A stretch of 64,000 bases of DNA, from the NCBI GenBank assembly GCA_963667845.2, contig CAXXVL010000002.1, forward strand, positions 992,001 to 1,056,000. The letters are read 5' to 3'. A program made the translations under genes and the position numbers. Below are positions 10,455 to 21,306 of this stretch, piece after piece. The notes beneath the pieces were generated by a model. The model ran no database searches. It saw nothing but the letters and a program-made list of their open reading frames with translations, and was not told the origin of the DNA. How positions within the stretch are numbered: position 1 is the first letter of the stretch; each line of letters opens with the position of its first letter. Source of the stretch: Smithellaceae bacterium. GTDB lineage: Bacteria; Desulfobacterota; Syntrophia; Syntrophales; Smithellaceae.

Positions 10455-13400
10455 TTAAGCTTCCTCCTTTTCCCGGTTTTTGTCTGCTGATGCCGTCTCG
10501 CTGTCTTGCGCCGTTTTGCCGCCCGATCCCCTGAGGCGCTCGGTCAGTTTTTCCAAAAGGAAATAAAACAGGGGAATGAAGAAGATGGCGATCAACGTCG
10601 CGCCCAGCATCCCGCCGATAACGCCTGTACCGATGGAGTGGCGGCTGTTGGCGGAGGCGCCGCTGGCGAGGGCCAGGGGGACGCAGCCGAGGATGAAGGC
10701 AAGCGAGGTCATGACAATGGGCCGCAGGCGCAGGGTCGATGCCTGGAGGGCCGCATCGATGGCGCTTAATCCCTCTTTGCGCTTCAGAACGGCAAACTCG
10801 ATGATAAGGATGGCGTTCTTTGCAGCGAGCGCAATGAGAGTGATGAGGCCGATCTGAAAATAAATGTCGTTCTCCTGGCCGCGCAGCCAGATCGCGACCA
10901 GCGCGCCGAAGACGGCAAAGGGCACCGCCAGCAGGACGCTCAGGGGCAGCGACCATTTTTCATACTGGGCGGCCAGAATGAGAAATACCATGATCAGACC
11001 GAAAACGAAGACGACCGCCGATGTTCCGCCCGATTTCTTCTCTTCAAAGGATTCTCCGCTCCACGCATAGGAAAAATCATCGGGGAGGACTTCTTTGGCA
11101 ACTTTTTCCATGGCGGTAATCGCTTCCCCGGAGCTGAAGCCGGGGGCGGCGCCGCCGATAATTTTGGCGGCGGGGAAATTATTGAACCGTGCGACGATAT
11201 CCGGGCCGGTCACATACTTCTTCGTGATCAGGGCTTTGAGTGGAACCATGCTGCCGCTTCTGGACCGGACGTAAATCTGGTCCAGATCGCCCGGACGGGA
11301 ACGGTATTCCGGCTCTGCCTGGAGGATCACCTGCCACAGCCGGCTGAATTTGGTGAATTGGCTGACATAAGAAGAACCAAAGAGGATCTGGAGAGTGTTG
11401 TACACATCTTCCACGGGGACGCCCAGATTCTCGGATTTTTCCCGGTCCACGTCCACCATGAGCTGCTGGGAATGGGCATTCAGCATGGTCGCGACCCCCT
11501 GCAGCTCCCGCTGCTTTTTCGCCCGGCCAATAAAGTCCTTCGTGACGGCATCGAGTTTGGCGATGTCGCCGGAACCGCGGTTCTGGATCCAGAATTCAAA
11601 TCCGGCGGTGGTTCCCAGCCCGGGAATGGACGGGGGATTAACGGGTTTGACAATACCCTCCCTGAGACCCAGGCAGGCCGCGGATGTCTCGGCGATAACC
11701 GCCGGCGCCTGGAGGGCTTTTGATTTGCGCTCCTCGTAATCTTTCAGGGCAATGAAGATAGCCCCTGCATTGGTTTTCAACTGACCGTCCAGGAAGCTGA
11801 AGCCGTCTACCTCCAGCGTGTTCTCCACGGCCGGATGGGCGGCAAAAATTGCTCTCGCCTTTTGATTCAGGTCCTGAGTGCGATCCAGACTGGCCGCGTC
11901 GGGCATGAAGGTGACACCGATGACGTAGCCCTGGTCTTCCGGGGGAACGAAACTGCCGGGAATGTGCTTAAACAGGCCGACGGCGCAGACGATCAGGATA
12001 GCGAAGATGCAAAGGGCCACGGCAGTGCGCCTGATCAAAAGCTGAACACCCCGCGAGTAGCCGTCCGTCAGGCTGGCAAATTTCGCATCGAACTGCCTGA
12101 AGAACCAGTTTTTCTGCCCGTGCCGGGGTTTGAGGAGCAGGGCCGCCAGCGCGGGCGACAAGGTCAGAGCGACAATCCCGGAAAAGATGACGGAAATGGC
12201 GATGGTAATGGCGAACTGTTTATAGAGCTGTCCGGTGATGCCGCCCAGGAACGCGACCGGGATAAAAACGGCGCACAGCACCAGGACAATGGCGACAATA
12301 GGGCCCGTCACTTCCCCCATGGCTTTCTTGGCGGCGTCCCTCGGAGACAGGTTGAATTCCGTCATGTTGCGCTCCACATTTTCGATGACGACAATGGCAT
12401 CGTCAACGACGATGCCGATGGCGAGAACCATACCGAAGAGCGTGAGCATATTGATGGAAAAGCCGAAGAGGGTCATCCCGGTGAAAGTTCCGATAATGGA
12501 GACGGGAATGGCCAGGATGGGGATGACTGTGGCCCGGATGCTCTGGAGGAATAAAAAGACCACGAGAATGACGAGGAGGCAGGCTTCAAAGAACGTGATG
12601 ATGACTTCCTTGATGGAGGCCCGGACAAAATTTGTCGTGTCCATGGCAATCTTGTAATCAATCCCGTCGGGGAAACTCGTTTTCAATTCCTTCAGGGTTC
12701 TTTTCACCTCATCCGAGACGTCGAGGGCATTGGCGCCCGCTTGCTGAAAAACTGCGATAGCCGTCGACGGCTTTCCGTTCAGACGGCAGCGCAGACCATA
12801 GTCTTTGGAACCCAGTTCCGCGCGGGCCACATCTTTCAGCCGGACGACCGCAGCGCCTTCCTTGTTTGTCCTGAGGATGATGTTCTCGAATTCGGCAGGC
12901 TCCAGAAGTCGCCCTTTTGTCGTGACGGCGAAAGTCTGCTCGACCCGGCCTTTTGTAGGCGCCTGACCGATCGTGCCGACGGCGAATTGCTGGTTCTGAT
13001 TTCTGATGGCATTCGCGACATCGGAGGCGGTGATGCCGAGCCCGATCAGCCGATCCGGTTTCAGCCAGATGCGCATGGCGTAGTCGGGCGATCCCAGGAT
13101 GGCAGCCTCACTCGCCCCGGGAATGCGTTTGATGGCGTCCAGAACATAGAGATTGGCGTAATTGGCGACATACCGGTCGTCATAGCGGTCGTTGGGTGAG
13201 TAAATGCCGATGATCATGAGGAAGCTCGACGATTTTTTACTGACCGAGACGCCCTGCTGCTGGACCGACTGGGGGAGCTGGGGCAGGGCCTTGTTGACAC
13301 GGTTCTGGACGTCCACCTGGGCCAGATCCGGATTGGTGCCGATGTTGAAAAAGACGTTCAGGTTCATCATGCCGGTACTGGAGCTGGAGGAGGCCATGTA

Positions 13401-13631
13401 GATCATGTTGTCGGCCCCGTTGACCTGCAGCTCGATAGGGGCGGCAATGTTCTGAGAGATGACGTCGGCGCTGGCGCCCGGATAAACAGCGGACACGGTG
13501 ACAACGGGAGGCGTGATGGCCGGATACTGGGCGATGGGCAGGTTCTTCATGGCCACCAGCCCGGCGATGACGATGACGATGGAAATGACGCATGCAAAAA
13601 TCGGCCGGTCGATGAAAAAATGGGAGAGCAT
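10455..13631 (-). CDS. RND efflux permease (AcrB/MexB, HAE1 family)
   Basis: FFIDRPIFA, GIVVDDAIVVIENVER, KNAILIIEFA, RLRPIVMTSLAF. Confidence 0.96.
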   Translation of the reverse strand: MLSHFFIDRPIFACVISIVIVIAGLVAMKNLPIAQYPAITPPVVTVSAVYPGASADVISQNIAAPIELQVNGADNMIYMASSSSSTGMMNLNVFFNIGTNPDLAQVDVQNRVNKALPQLPQSVQQQGVSVSKKSSSFLMIIGIYSPNDRYDDRYVANYANLYVLDAIKRIPGASEAAILGSPDYAMRIWLKPDRLIGLGITASDVANAIRNQNQQFAVGTIGQAPTKGRVEQTFAVTTKGRLLEPAEFENIILRTNKEGAAVVRLKDVARAELGSKDYGLRCRLNGKPSTAIAVFQQAGANALDVSDEVKRTLKELKTSFPDGIDYKIAMDTTNFVRASIKEVIITFFEACLLVILVVFLFLQSIRATVIPILAIPVSIIGTFTGMTLFGFSINMLTLFGMVLAIGIVVDDAIVVIENVERNMTEFNLSPRDAAKKAMGEVTGPIVAIVLVLCAVFIPVAFLGGITGQLYKQFAITIAISVIFSGIVALTLSPALAALLLKPRHGQKNWFFRQFDAKFASLTDGYSRGVQLLIRRTAVALCIFAILIVCAVGLFKHIPGSFVPPEDQGYVIGVTFMPDAASLDRTQDLNQKARAIFAAHPAVENTLEVDGFSFLDGQLKTNAGAIFIALKDYEERKSKALQAPAVIAETSAACLGLREGIVKPVNPPSIPGLGTTAGFEFWIQNRGSGDIAKLDAVTKDFIGRAKKQRELQGVATMLNAHSQQLMVDVDREKSENLGVPVEDVYNTLQILFGSSYVSQFTKFSRLWQVILQAEPEYRSRPGDLDQIYVRSRSGSMVPLKALITKKYVTGPDIVARFNNFPAAKIIGGAAPGFSSGEAITAMEKVAKEVLPDDFSYAWSGESFEEKKSGGTSAVVFVFGLIMVFLILAAQYEKWSLPLSVLLAVPFAVFGALVAIWLRGQENDIYFQIGLITLIALAAKNAILIIEFAVLKRKEGLSAIDAALQASTLRLRPIVMTSLAFILGCVPLALASGASANSRHSIGTGVIGGMLGATLIAIFFIPLFYFLLEKLTERLRGSGGKTAQDSETASADKNREKEEA

Positions 13632-13643
13632 CGGTTGCCTCCC

Positions 13644-14873
13644 TTACTTCTTCGCCGGTGACGCCGGCGATCGCTGATTCTGCGCGGGCAAGGCCCGCTT
13701 GGCAGCCGCGGGTGCTTCGGAAATCTTTACGGGCGCCCCCGGCGACATTTTGAGCAGATTGTCCAGAATGATGCGGTCACCGGCGGCAAGGCCGCTGTCG
13801 ATGAACACATTATTCCCCTGCCAGTCTCCAACCCCAACGGCGCGGAATTGGGCCTTCCCGTCGGGGCCTGCAATCCAGACAAAGAACCCCTGGGCGCCCT
13901 GACTGACGGCGGTCCTGGGGATCAGAATGCCGTTGGGGCGGATGCCCCCTTTCAGGTGCACGCGCACGAATTGGCCGGGCCTGAGGACTTTGGAGGAACG
14001 AACGGGATTGGGAATCTCCGCCCGAACCTGGTAGGTGCCCGTCTCGGAACTGAAGGAGGGATCGGCGAAGTTGAGCCGGCCCTTGTGGGGGAAGACAGAC
14101 CCATCCGCCATGTGGACTTCAACTTCGAAAGACTGACCCTTCGGCATAATGAACAGTCGTTTGGCCAGGCGGTCATTAAGCGTGAGGTTTTCATTTTCTG
14201 AAATACTGAAATCGACCCAGATCGGATCAATTTTGGCGACGTAAGTGAGCAGGCCGTCCTGGCCTGCGGAAATGTAACTTCCTTCCTGCTTTTTCGTACG
14301 TCCGGCCAATCCGTCGACGGGGGATGTGATCCGGGTATAGCTGAGTTTCAGTTCCGCATCCTGGACGCTTCCCTGGGCGGAAAACACGGCGGCCCGGGCG
14401 GTCTTTTCCTGGCTGATGGCGTCGTCCAGATCTTTTTGGCTGACGGCGTTTTTCGCCGCGAGCGGACGGACCCGCTTGAGCGTGGCTTCGGCATTGATCA
14501 GTTTGGCCTCCTGCTGGGCCAGTGCGCCTCTGGCCTGCTGGAGAGATGCTTCAAAAGGGCGGCGGTCGATCTGGAACATGGTTTGCCCGGCCCGAACCCG
14601 TCCACCCTCTTCATAGGTTATCTTTTCCAGGAAGCCCTCGACGCGGGAGCGGATTTCGACCTGATGGGAGCTTTCGGTTGTGCCGACAAACTCGATATCG
14701 ATGGGAACATCACGCGGCGTCACCGTCACGACCGCAACCGGGATGGGGCCGCGCGGGGGCGCTGCCTTCTTAGAGTCACCGCACGCCGCAAGAGCGATCG
14801 AGATCAGAGAAATAACGCATAATACAACGGCGATACGAAAAGATGTCCGGCAAAGACGTCTTGTGCAGCTCAT
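13644..14873 (-). CDS. RND efflux periplasmic adaptor (membrane fusion protein)
   Basis: GGAGG RBS before ATG 14873; lipobox LAAC; VEIRSRVEG, ITSPVDG, LRPGQFVRV. The longer ORF to 15152 overlaps lipA. Confidence 0.92.
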   Translation of the reverse strand: MSCTRRLCRTSFRIAVVLCVISLISIALAACGDSKKAAPPRGPIPVAVVTVTPRDVPIDIEFVGTTESSHQVEIRSRVEGFLEKITYEEGGRVRAGQTMFQIDRRPFEASLQQARGALAQQEAKLINAEATLKRVRPLAAKNAVSQKDLDDAISQEKTARAAVFSAQGSVQDAELKLSYTRITSPVDGLAGRTKKQEGSYISAGQDGLLTYVAKIDPIWVDFSISENENLTLNDRLAKRLFIMPKGQSFEVEVHMADGSVFPHKGRLNFADPSFSSETGTYQVRAEIPNPVRSSKVLRPGQFVRVHLKGGIRPNGILIPRTAVSQGAQGFFVWIAGPDGKAQFRAVGVGDWQGNNVFIDSGLAAGDRIILDNLLKMSPGAPVKISEAPAAAKRALPAQNQRSPASPAKK

Positions 14874-15045
14874 GAAAACAGCACCTCCATCAATATTATT
14901 GATATTCCGGGAAACATCATACCCGTTATCAAAGACAATTGCCAGGGACGCATTCCCGTTTGTCCATATTAATTTCCCGCCGGCGTTTCCGTATTGAGAC
15001 CTATGCGGAAGCATCTCAAAATTTCGCGATTGTGCATCCTTTGGT

Positions 15046-15912
15046 TTATGGAACTGCCTTTGCCGCATGATAGGAACTGCGCACCAGAGGGCCGGATTCC
15101 ACATATTGGAACCCTCTTGCATAGGCGCTCTCCCGAAGTCGGGCAAATTCATCCGGATGATAATATTTCACGACCGGCCAGTGTTTGAGCGACGGCTGCT
15201 GATACTGCCCGATAGTCAGGCGCGCGCAGGATACCGCCGCGAGATCATCCAGCAGCCGCAGGATGTCGTTTTTTGTTTCGCCGAAGCCGATCATGAAACC
15301 GCTTTTAGAAATAGCCGGTGTCGCCGCGACTCTCGACAGGAGCTCAAGTGAAAGTTTGTAATTGCCCTGCGGACGCAATCTCGGGAAGAGCGATTCTACG
15401 GCTTCCATATTGTGGTTGATCACATCGGGACTCGCGGCGATGACTTCGTCCAGTGCTTGGGCCTTGCCCTGAAAATCCGGGATCAAAACTTCGATTTTAC
15501 AGCCCGGAACAGCCGAGCGAAGCTGCAAAACGCTGTCGGCAAACATCCGCGCTCCGCCATCGGGTAAGTCATCACGTGTTACGGATGTCATGACGACGTA
15601 CTTCAGCCTCATCTGCAAAACGGCGGCAATCAAATGATGAATCTCGCCGGTATCTATTTCTTGCGGGACACCTTGCGCAACATTGCAATAAAGGCAATGG
15701 CGCGTGCAGATTTTGCCGAGGATTAAAAAAGTGGCGGTGCCGCTCTCGAAACATTCCGCTATATTCGGGCAGGCGGCCTCCTGACAGACGGTATGCAATT
15801 GAAGACCCGCAAGAGTGGACCGGATTTGACGGCATCCGTCAGCGTAAGGCGGCCGCACTTTGAGCCAGGACGGTTTGCGCAGAAGCTGTGATCTGGATTG
15901 GTTATTGATCAT
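15046..15912 (-). CDS. lipA: Lipoyl synthase
   Basis: CQEAACPNIAEC (CX4CX5C), CTRHCLYC radical SAM motif, C-terminal RSSYHA. Confidence 0.95.
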   Translation of the reverse strand: MINNQSRSQLLRKPSWLKVRPPYADGCRQIRSTLAGLQLHTVCQEAACPNIAECFESGTATFLILGKICTRHCLYCNVAQGVPQEIDTGEIHHLIAAVLQMRLKYVVMTSVTRDDLPDGGARMFADSVLQLRSAVPGCKIEVLIPDFQGKAQALDEVIAASPDVINHNMEAVESLFPRLRPQGNYKLSLELLSRVAATPAISKSGFMIGFGETKNDILRLLDDLAAVSCARLTIGQYQQPSLKHWPVVKYYHPDEFARLRESAYARGFQYVESGPLVRSSYHAAKAVP

Positions 15913-16016
15913 GAGGATAGCCAGCGAAATTTTTAGGGAGCGGTTTCATTACCCGGCCTTCGACGGCCAAACAATCGCCCGCTCACGCGCAAGGTCACGA
16001 GACCCTTTCCAGCCGT

Positions 16017-17459
16017 TTACGGTTTCTTCCAGGCGACGTCGGGTTTGCGGGCAGCCAGCACTTCATCCAGACGGCTCACGGGAGTTGAAAGAGGTGCGTC
16101 TTTCACCCGGCCGGGATTGTCTTTCGCCTCCTCCGCGATGGCGATCATGGCCTCACAGAAGGCATCCAGCGTTTCTTTGCTTTCGGTTTCCGTGGGCTCA
16201 ATCATGATGGCTTCCGGAACGATCAGCGGAAAATAAATGGTCGGCGGATGATAGCCGAAATCGATCAGGCGCTTGGCAATATCGGACGTATGGACGCCGC
16301 TCTGAGCAACCTGCCTCTGACCCGAGAAAACGCACTCATGCATGCAGATGCGGTCGTAGGGCAGATCGAAATAGGGTTTTAATTTTTCTTTGATATAATT
16401 GGCATTGAGCACGGCCATTTCCGTGCTGCGCGTGAGCCCTTCCGCGCCCAGCGACCGAATATACGTATAGGCTTTGACAATGACATTGAAATTTCCGCAG
16501 AAGGCGCGCACCCGGCCGATGCTCCGGGGGAAATTCGCAGACCAGTGATAACCCGAATCGTTCTTCACCATTCGGGGGATCGGGAGATAGTCGACCAGTC
16601 TGGCGCCGACGCCCACCGGACCGCTGCCGGGGCCGCCGCCGCCATGCGGCGTGGAAAAGGTCTTATGTAAATTGAGCTGAATGACGTCAAAACCCAGGTC
16701 ACCGGGCCTCGTTTTACCTAAGAAAGCGTTGGCATTGGCGCCGTCTCCGTAAAGCAGGCCGCCCTTGCCGTGGACGATCGCCGCCACTTTTTCGATATTG
16801 CGCTCGAAAAGGCCCAGTGTGTTGGGATTGGTGAGCATCAGCGCCGCAACATTTTCCGTCATCAGCGATTCCAGATGTTCAAGGTCAACGCCGCCGTCGG
16901 CGTTCGACCTGAGCGTCACTGTATCAAAACCGCACAGGGCGCCTGATGCCGGATTGGTTCCATGTGCCGCGTCGGGAATCAGAATAATGCTCCGCTTCTC
17001 ACCCTTAACCTCGAAATATTTCTTGATCATCATGACGCCGGTAAGCTCGCCGTGGGCGCCGGCCGCAGGCTGAAGCGTAAAATCAACCATGCCGAAAATG
17101 TCGCCGAGCAGCCGCTGCATGGAGAACATCAACTGCAGATTTCCCTGAGCAAATGCGTCCGGGACGTAGGGGTGCAGGCCGGTGAATTCGGGAAAGCCCG
17201 CTACATTCTCGTTGACTTTGGGATTGTATTTCATGGTGCAGGACCCCAGCGGGTAAAAGCCGAGATCAACACCGAAGTTCCGGCGTGACAAATTCGTATA
17301 ATGCCTTACCAGATCAAGCTCCGACACCTCCGGCAAATCCAGATCGTCGCGCAGATATTTTGGATCGATAAAAGAGGTGATATCCATTTCGGGGACATCG
17401 CTTACAGAGACACTGGCCGCTGAGCGTCCGGGTGTGCTTAATTCAAAAATAAGTTCCAT
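16017..17459 (-). CDS. gcvPB: Glycine dehydrogenase (decarboxylating) subunit 2
   Basis: [38 protein letters not shown] motif. Confidence 0.96.
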   Translation of the reverse strand: MELIFELSTPGRSAASVSVSDVPEMDITSFIDPKYLRDDLDLPEVSELDLVRHYTNLSRRNFGVDLGFYPLGSCTMKYNPKVNENVAGFPEFTGLHPYVPDAFAQGNLQLMFSMQRLLGDIFGMVDFTLQPAAGAHGELTGVMMIKKYFEVKGEKRSIILIPDAAHGTNPASGALCGFDTVTLRSNADGGVDLEHLESLMTENVAALMLTNPNTLGLFERNIEKVAAIVHGKGGLLYGDGANANAFLGKTRPGDLGFDVIQLNLHKTFSTPHGGGGPGSGPVGVGARLVDYLPIPRMVKNDSGYHWSANFPRSIGRVRAFCGNFNVIVKAYTYIRSLGAEGLTRSTEMAVLNANYIKEKLKPYFDLPYDRICMHECVFSGQRQVAQSGVHTSDIAKRLIDFGYHPPTIYFPLIVPEAIMIEPTETESKETLDAFCEAMIAIAEEAKDNPGRVKDAPLSTPVSRLDEVLAARKPDVAWKKP

Positions 17460-17479
17460 CTATGTTCCCCTGCTTTTTT

Positions 17480-17625
17480 GTCATTGCAAACGAAGTGAAG
17501 CAATCTCAGTGTCGTCGGATTGCCGTGCCTACCGGGGGGTTGCTACCCTAATGACCTGACCACCTGATGACCTGAAGGTCACACGAGGTGGCACGAGGTC
17601 ACACGAGGGCCCGCGTCGCAATGAC
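17480..17625. repeat. GTCATTGC...GCAATGAC palindromic intergenic (REP-like) element with internal tandem repeats
   Basis: Terminal inverted repeats GTCATTGC/GCAATGAC, internal GAAGCAATCTC/GATTGC pair, CACGAGG three times at 10-bp period. Confidence 0.65.
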
Positions 17626-17630
17626 TGATG

Positions 17631-18956
17631 CTATTTAATAATTTCGACGACCCGGTCCATGTCCTCTTTGGAGATCATCTCCGTGACGCAAAAAAGGAGC
17701 GCGCTTTTCAGTTCCGGGTAGTCTGCCGCTAACGCGTAGCCTCCGACAATGCCTTCCTTCTGCAATTTTTCATTTGCCGTCCGGGCGTCGGGACAAAGGA
17801 CAACGAACTCATTGTAGACCGGCGACGTGAATACCGCCTTCCAGCCGGGCAATTGCAGAAGTTTTGCCCGGAGATAATGCGTTTTATAAATGTTGAGCTT
17901 GGCGAGTTTGTGCAGATTCTTTCCGAGGGCCGCCAGGTAGACGCAGGCGGCAAGAGCGCAAAGCGCTTCGTTGGAACAGATGTTGGATGTGGCTTTTTCG
18001 CGGCGGATATGCTGTTCGCGCGTCTGGAGAGTCAGCACAAAGCCACGCTTGCCGTTTCTATCAACTGTCGCGCCGGCCAGCCGTCCCGGGATACGCCGCA
18101 GAAATTTTTCTCGCGCCGCGAAGATCCCCAGGTATGGGCCGCCGAAGTTTAGCGCATTGCCGAAACTCTGCCCTTCTCCAACGACAAAATCCGCGCCGCA
18201 GGCGCCGGCGGGTTTCAAAATACCCAGTGCTGTTCCATCGGTAAAGCCGGCAATGAGTAGGGCTCCTTTTTGATGCACGGCATCGGCAACCGGTCCGATG
18301 TCTTCGATGCAGCCGAAAAAATTCGGGCTCTGGACGATGACCGCCGCAACGCTATCATCGAGATGATTTTCCAGAGTCGCCATATCCAACTGGCCGGACG
18401 GGGCATAGGGGATTTCAATGATGGAGTATCCATTAGCCCAGGCATAGGTTTGCAGAACACGCCGGTATTCCGGATGCACGGACCGGGCAATCAGTATCCT
18501 GGTACGGTCCGACATTTTGCAGCACAGAACCGCTGCCTCCGCCATGGCTGAAGAGCCGTCATACATGGAGGCGTTGGCAATTTCCGTCCCCGTCAGATGA
18601 GCGATCATCGTCTGGTATTCATAAATGGCCTGCAGGATACCCTGGCTGATTTCCGCCTGATAGGGCGTATACGCAGTGTAAAACTCGGCTCGCCCGACAA
18701 TATGGCCGACCACCGCGGGAATGAAATGCGCGTAAGCGCCGGCACCGGTCAATGTCAGCTGCGGTATCCGGTTTCTTTTGCCGATCGCCGACAGAAGTGC
18801 CAAGGCTTCCTGTTCAGATAGGCCGGGCGGAATGTCCGGCATTTTCTGCAACTGATACTTTTTCGGGATATCGGCAAACAGTTCGTTAATGCTCCCTATG
18901 CCGATCGCTTGCTGCATCTGCGCAATATCGTCAGGAGTGTGGGGGCAGTAATCCAT
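17631..18956 (-). CDS. gcvPA: Glycine dehydrogenase (decarboxylating) subunit 1
   Basis: TAYTPYQAEISQG, NASMYDG, TREQHIRREKATSNICSN. Confidence 0.96.
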   Translation of the reverse strand: MDYCPHTPDDIAQMQQAIGIGSINELFADIPKKYQLQKMPDIPPGLSEQEALALLSAIGKRNRIPQLTLTGAGAYAHFIPAVVGHIVGRAEFYTAYTPYQAEISQGILQAIYEYQTMIAHLTGTEIANASMYDGSSAMAEAAVLCCKMSDRTRILIARSVHPEYRRVLQTYAWANGYSIIEIPYAPSGQLDMATLENHLDDSVAAVIVQSPNFFGCIEDIGPVADAVHQKGALLIAGFTDGTALGILKPAGACGADFVVGEGQSFGNALNFGGPYLGIFAAREKFLRRIPGRLAGATVDRNGKRGFVLTLQTREQHIRREKATSNICSNEALCALAACVYLAALGKNLHKLAKLNIYKTHYLRAKLLQLPGWKAVFTSPVYNEFVVLCPDARTANEKLQKEGIVGGYALAADYPELKSALLFCVTEMISKEDMDRVVEIIK

Positions 18957-18958
18957 AA

Positions 18959-19357
18959 TCAGTGTTTTTCCTCTTTGATCAGCGCGTCATAGCCGGCAGC
19001 GCTCAGAAGCGACTGGAGTTCCACGGCATCGGCCAGTTTCAATTTCGCGATCCAGCCGTCGCCGAATGCATCCGAATTAATTAAATCAGGCGCGTTCTCG
19101 AGGGCGGTGTTGACATCGATGACCTCGCCGCTGACCGGTGCATAGACATCGGATACGGATTTAACGGATTCGACGACCGCGACGGATTCGCCCTTCGCAA
19201 CTTTTTTGCCGACGGGGGGCAGCTCCACAAACACAATATCCGTCAGCATTTCCTGAGCGTAATCGGTAATGCCTATTATTGCCGTCCCGTCGCCCTGGTT
19301 TTTCACCCATTCATGATCTTTGGAATACAATCTGTCGGTTGGGTTTGATTTGGACAT
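18959..19357 (-). CDS. gcvH: Glycine cleavage system H protein
   Basis: YSKDHEW, GITDYAQ, lipoyl-lysine motif VESVKSVSD; AAGGAG 7 nt before ATG 19357. Confidence 0.96.
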   Translation of the reverse strand: MSKSNPTDRLYSKDHEWVKNQGDGTAIIGITDYAQEMLTDIVFVELPPVGKKVAKGESVAVVESVKSVSDVYAPVSGEVIDVNTALENAPDLINSDAFGDGWIAKLKLADAVELQSLLSAAGYDALIKEEKH

Positions 19358-19480
19358 CACCATTCTCCTTTGCGGATCATTTTGGATTATATAAATGTCC
19401 GGCGCATGTGATCTACGGATTGTGCCGGGCCCAGCAGCCTTTATTGTTGTCGTCCGTAAACTTATTTCCTTCGCAATTAA

Positions 19481-20572
19481 TTATTTTTGTCTTTTATAGA
19501 AAGGGAGCTTAACCACTATAGCCTCGCTTATCGTGTTGCGGATGGCAATGGATATTTTCGTATCCGGAGACGCGAATGCAACATCAACAAACGCCAGACC
19601 GATCGCTTTATTCAACGTCGGAGAAAAGGTGCCGGAAGTCACCAGGCCGATATCCCTACCGCTGCTGACCACCTTATAGCCATGGCGGGCAATGCCGCGT
19701 CCGGTCATCACAAATCCGACCAGCTTTTTTTGAATGCCGCGGTCCCGGATAGCGGAAAGAGCGGATTTGCCCGCAAAATCTTTATTCCAGTCCACGAGCC
19801 AGCTGTATGGCACTTCCAGCGGACTGATTTCGTCGGTAATATCCTGACCGTTGAGCATCATCCCCGCCTCCAGGCGCAGCGTGTCCCGGGCGCCCAGCCC
19901 CGCCGGTTTCATACCGGACGCCGTACCTGCTTCAATCAATCTGTCCCAGACGAGGCCAATCTTGTCGGCGGATGCATAAATTTCAAATCCATCCTCACCG
20001 GTATAGCCGCTGCGGGAAATGATAGCCGGAAGGCCCGTTACCTGTGATTCGATGAAATGGTAATATTGAAGTGTTTTTAAGTCAGCCGGCGTCAGCGCCT
20101 GTAAAATGGTTTGTGCGTGCGGTCCCTGCAAATCCAGCTTGCCGGTTTTGTCGCTGACATCCTCCATCCGGCAGTTGAATTTCTTTTCATCAAGAATCGA
20201 TTTGACGCGGTCAAAATCGCTTTCGCGTGTTGTTGCGTTGGTTACCAGCAGGTAGAATTCGTCCGTCATTTTGTATACGGTTAGATCATCGATAATGCCG
20301 CCCTTATCGTTGAGCAAGGCCGAGAGCTTAACCTGTCCGGTTTTCTGCCCCGCGAGATCCCGGGTCAACGCCGCCTGCAGAAGGTTTAACGCCTGCGGGC
20401 CCCTGATTTCAATTTCCCCCATGTGGCAGATATCGAAAAGCGAGGCATTGGCCCGGGTCGTCTTGTGTTCTTCAATGACGTTTGTATATTGAACGGGCAT
20501 GGCCCAGCCGCCGAAATCGATCACTTTTGCTTTCAAGGCAATATGCTTGTCGTATAAAGGCGTTTTCTTCAT
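19481..20572 (-). CDS. gcvT: Glycine cleavage aminomethyltransferase
   Basis: KTPLY, FGGWAMPVQY, FDICHMG, SGYTGEDGFE, GLGARDTLRLEAG. Confidence 0.96.
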   Translation of the reverse strand: MKKTPLYDKHIALKAKVIDFGGWAMPVQYTNVIEEHKTTRANASLFDICHMGEIEIRGPQALNLLQAALTRDLAGQKTGQVKLSALLNDKGGIIDDLTVYKMTDEFYLLVTNATTRESDFDRVKSILDEKKFNCRMEDVSDKTGKLDLQGPHAQTILQALTPADLKTLQYYHFIESQVTGLPAIISRSGYTGEDGFEIYASADKIGLVWDRLIEAGTASGMKPAGLGARDTLRLEAGMMLNGQDITDEISPLEVPYSWLVDWNKDFAGKSALSAIRDRGIQKKLVGFVMTGRGIARHGYKVVSSGRDIGLVTSGTFSPTLNKAIGLAFVDVAFASPDTKISIAIRNTISEAIVVKLPFYKRQK

Positions 20573-20602
20573 GGACGGTCCCCGTCTGAATGAATTTGGC
20601 GA

Positions 20603-21169
20603 TTATTTAAAAAGCTTATCAATTAAAGCCTGTTTGTCTTTCGGGTAGTAAAGATTGCCCGGATAATCCACAATAAGCGTGCCGTCCAGGTGATCAATCT
20701 CATGCTGCACAACCCTGGCGGTATAATCCAGATAACGCTTGCTGATTTTTTCACCCTTTTCGTTTAAGGCGCGGATCTTTATTTCCGGAAAGCGGCTGAC
20801 TTCAATTTGAATGTCCGGGCAGGACAGACATCCTTCCGCCGCTGTTTCTTTTTCACCGCGCGCCTGAGTAATGCGCGGGTTCACCAGTACGTCATAGTCA
20901 TCCGGACTCAGCTTTTTCTTGGTCTTGTCCACCGTCTTATTGCGGAAAATAATGATGCGCTTATTGATGCCGATTTGCGGGCCGGCCAGACCCGAGGCGT
21001 CGTCGCGACACGTAAAAGAATCGATGAGTGTCTTAATCTCTTCTCTTGCTTCTTTAGTAAGCGGCGCTTCTAATTCCACCGACTTCTTCCTTAAAACACT
21101 TGTGTCCGCTTCGTTGACACCTTCATTATTCCAGAGGGTTAAGACTCTTTTTGGGGCCATCTCCATCAC
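20603..21169 (-). CDS. def: Peptide deformylase
   Basis: GLAGPQIG, EGCLS, QHEIDHLDG. Confidence 0.92.
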   Translation of the reverse strand: MMEMAPKRVLTLWNNEGVNEADTSVLRKKSVELEAPLTKEAREEIKTLIDSFTCRDDASGLAGPQIGINKRIIIFRNKTVDKTKKKLSPDDYDVLVNPRITQARGEKETAAEGCLSCPDIQIEVSRFPEIKIRALNEKGEKISKRYLDYTARVVQHEIDHLDGTLIVDYPGNLYYPKDKQALIDKLFK

Positions 21170-21306
21170 CGGTTAGGGAAATTTTCTTTTGGCCTATAAC
21201 ACCGATCGGATGTTATTTCAAGTAAACGAAGCTTGCAAATTTGTTCCATCTTTTGCTAAACAGATAATCCATTAATTTTACGATGATGAAAGATGGGAAA
21301 TGACTT

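Noticed and set aside
14874..15152. N-terminal extensions in the ORF track (MFP from 15152; also 4646, 22581, 50622, 54738)
   Set aside because: They overlap neighbouring genes or terminators, and in most cases a downstream start has an RBS and matches the family N-terminus.
17551..17610. CRISPR-like or iteron array
   Set aside because: Units are only 7-10 bp with no spacers, and no cas or rep gene is present.
19364..19480. Possible glycine riboswitch in the gcv cluster
   Set aside because: No GGAGA...CCGAAG...CUCUCAGG aptamer core found here or upstream of gcvT.
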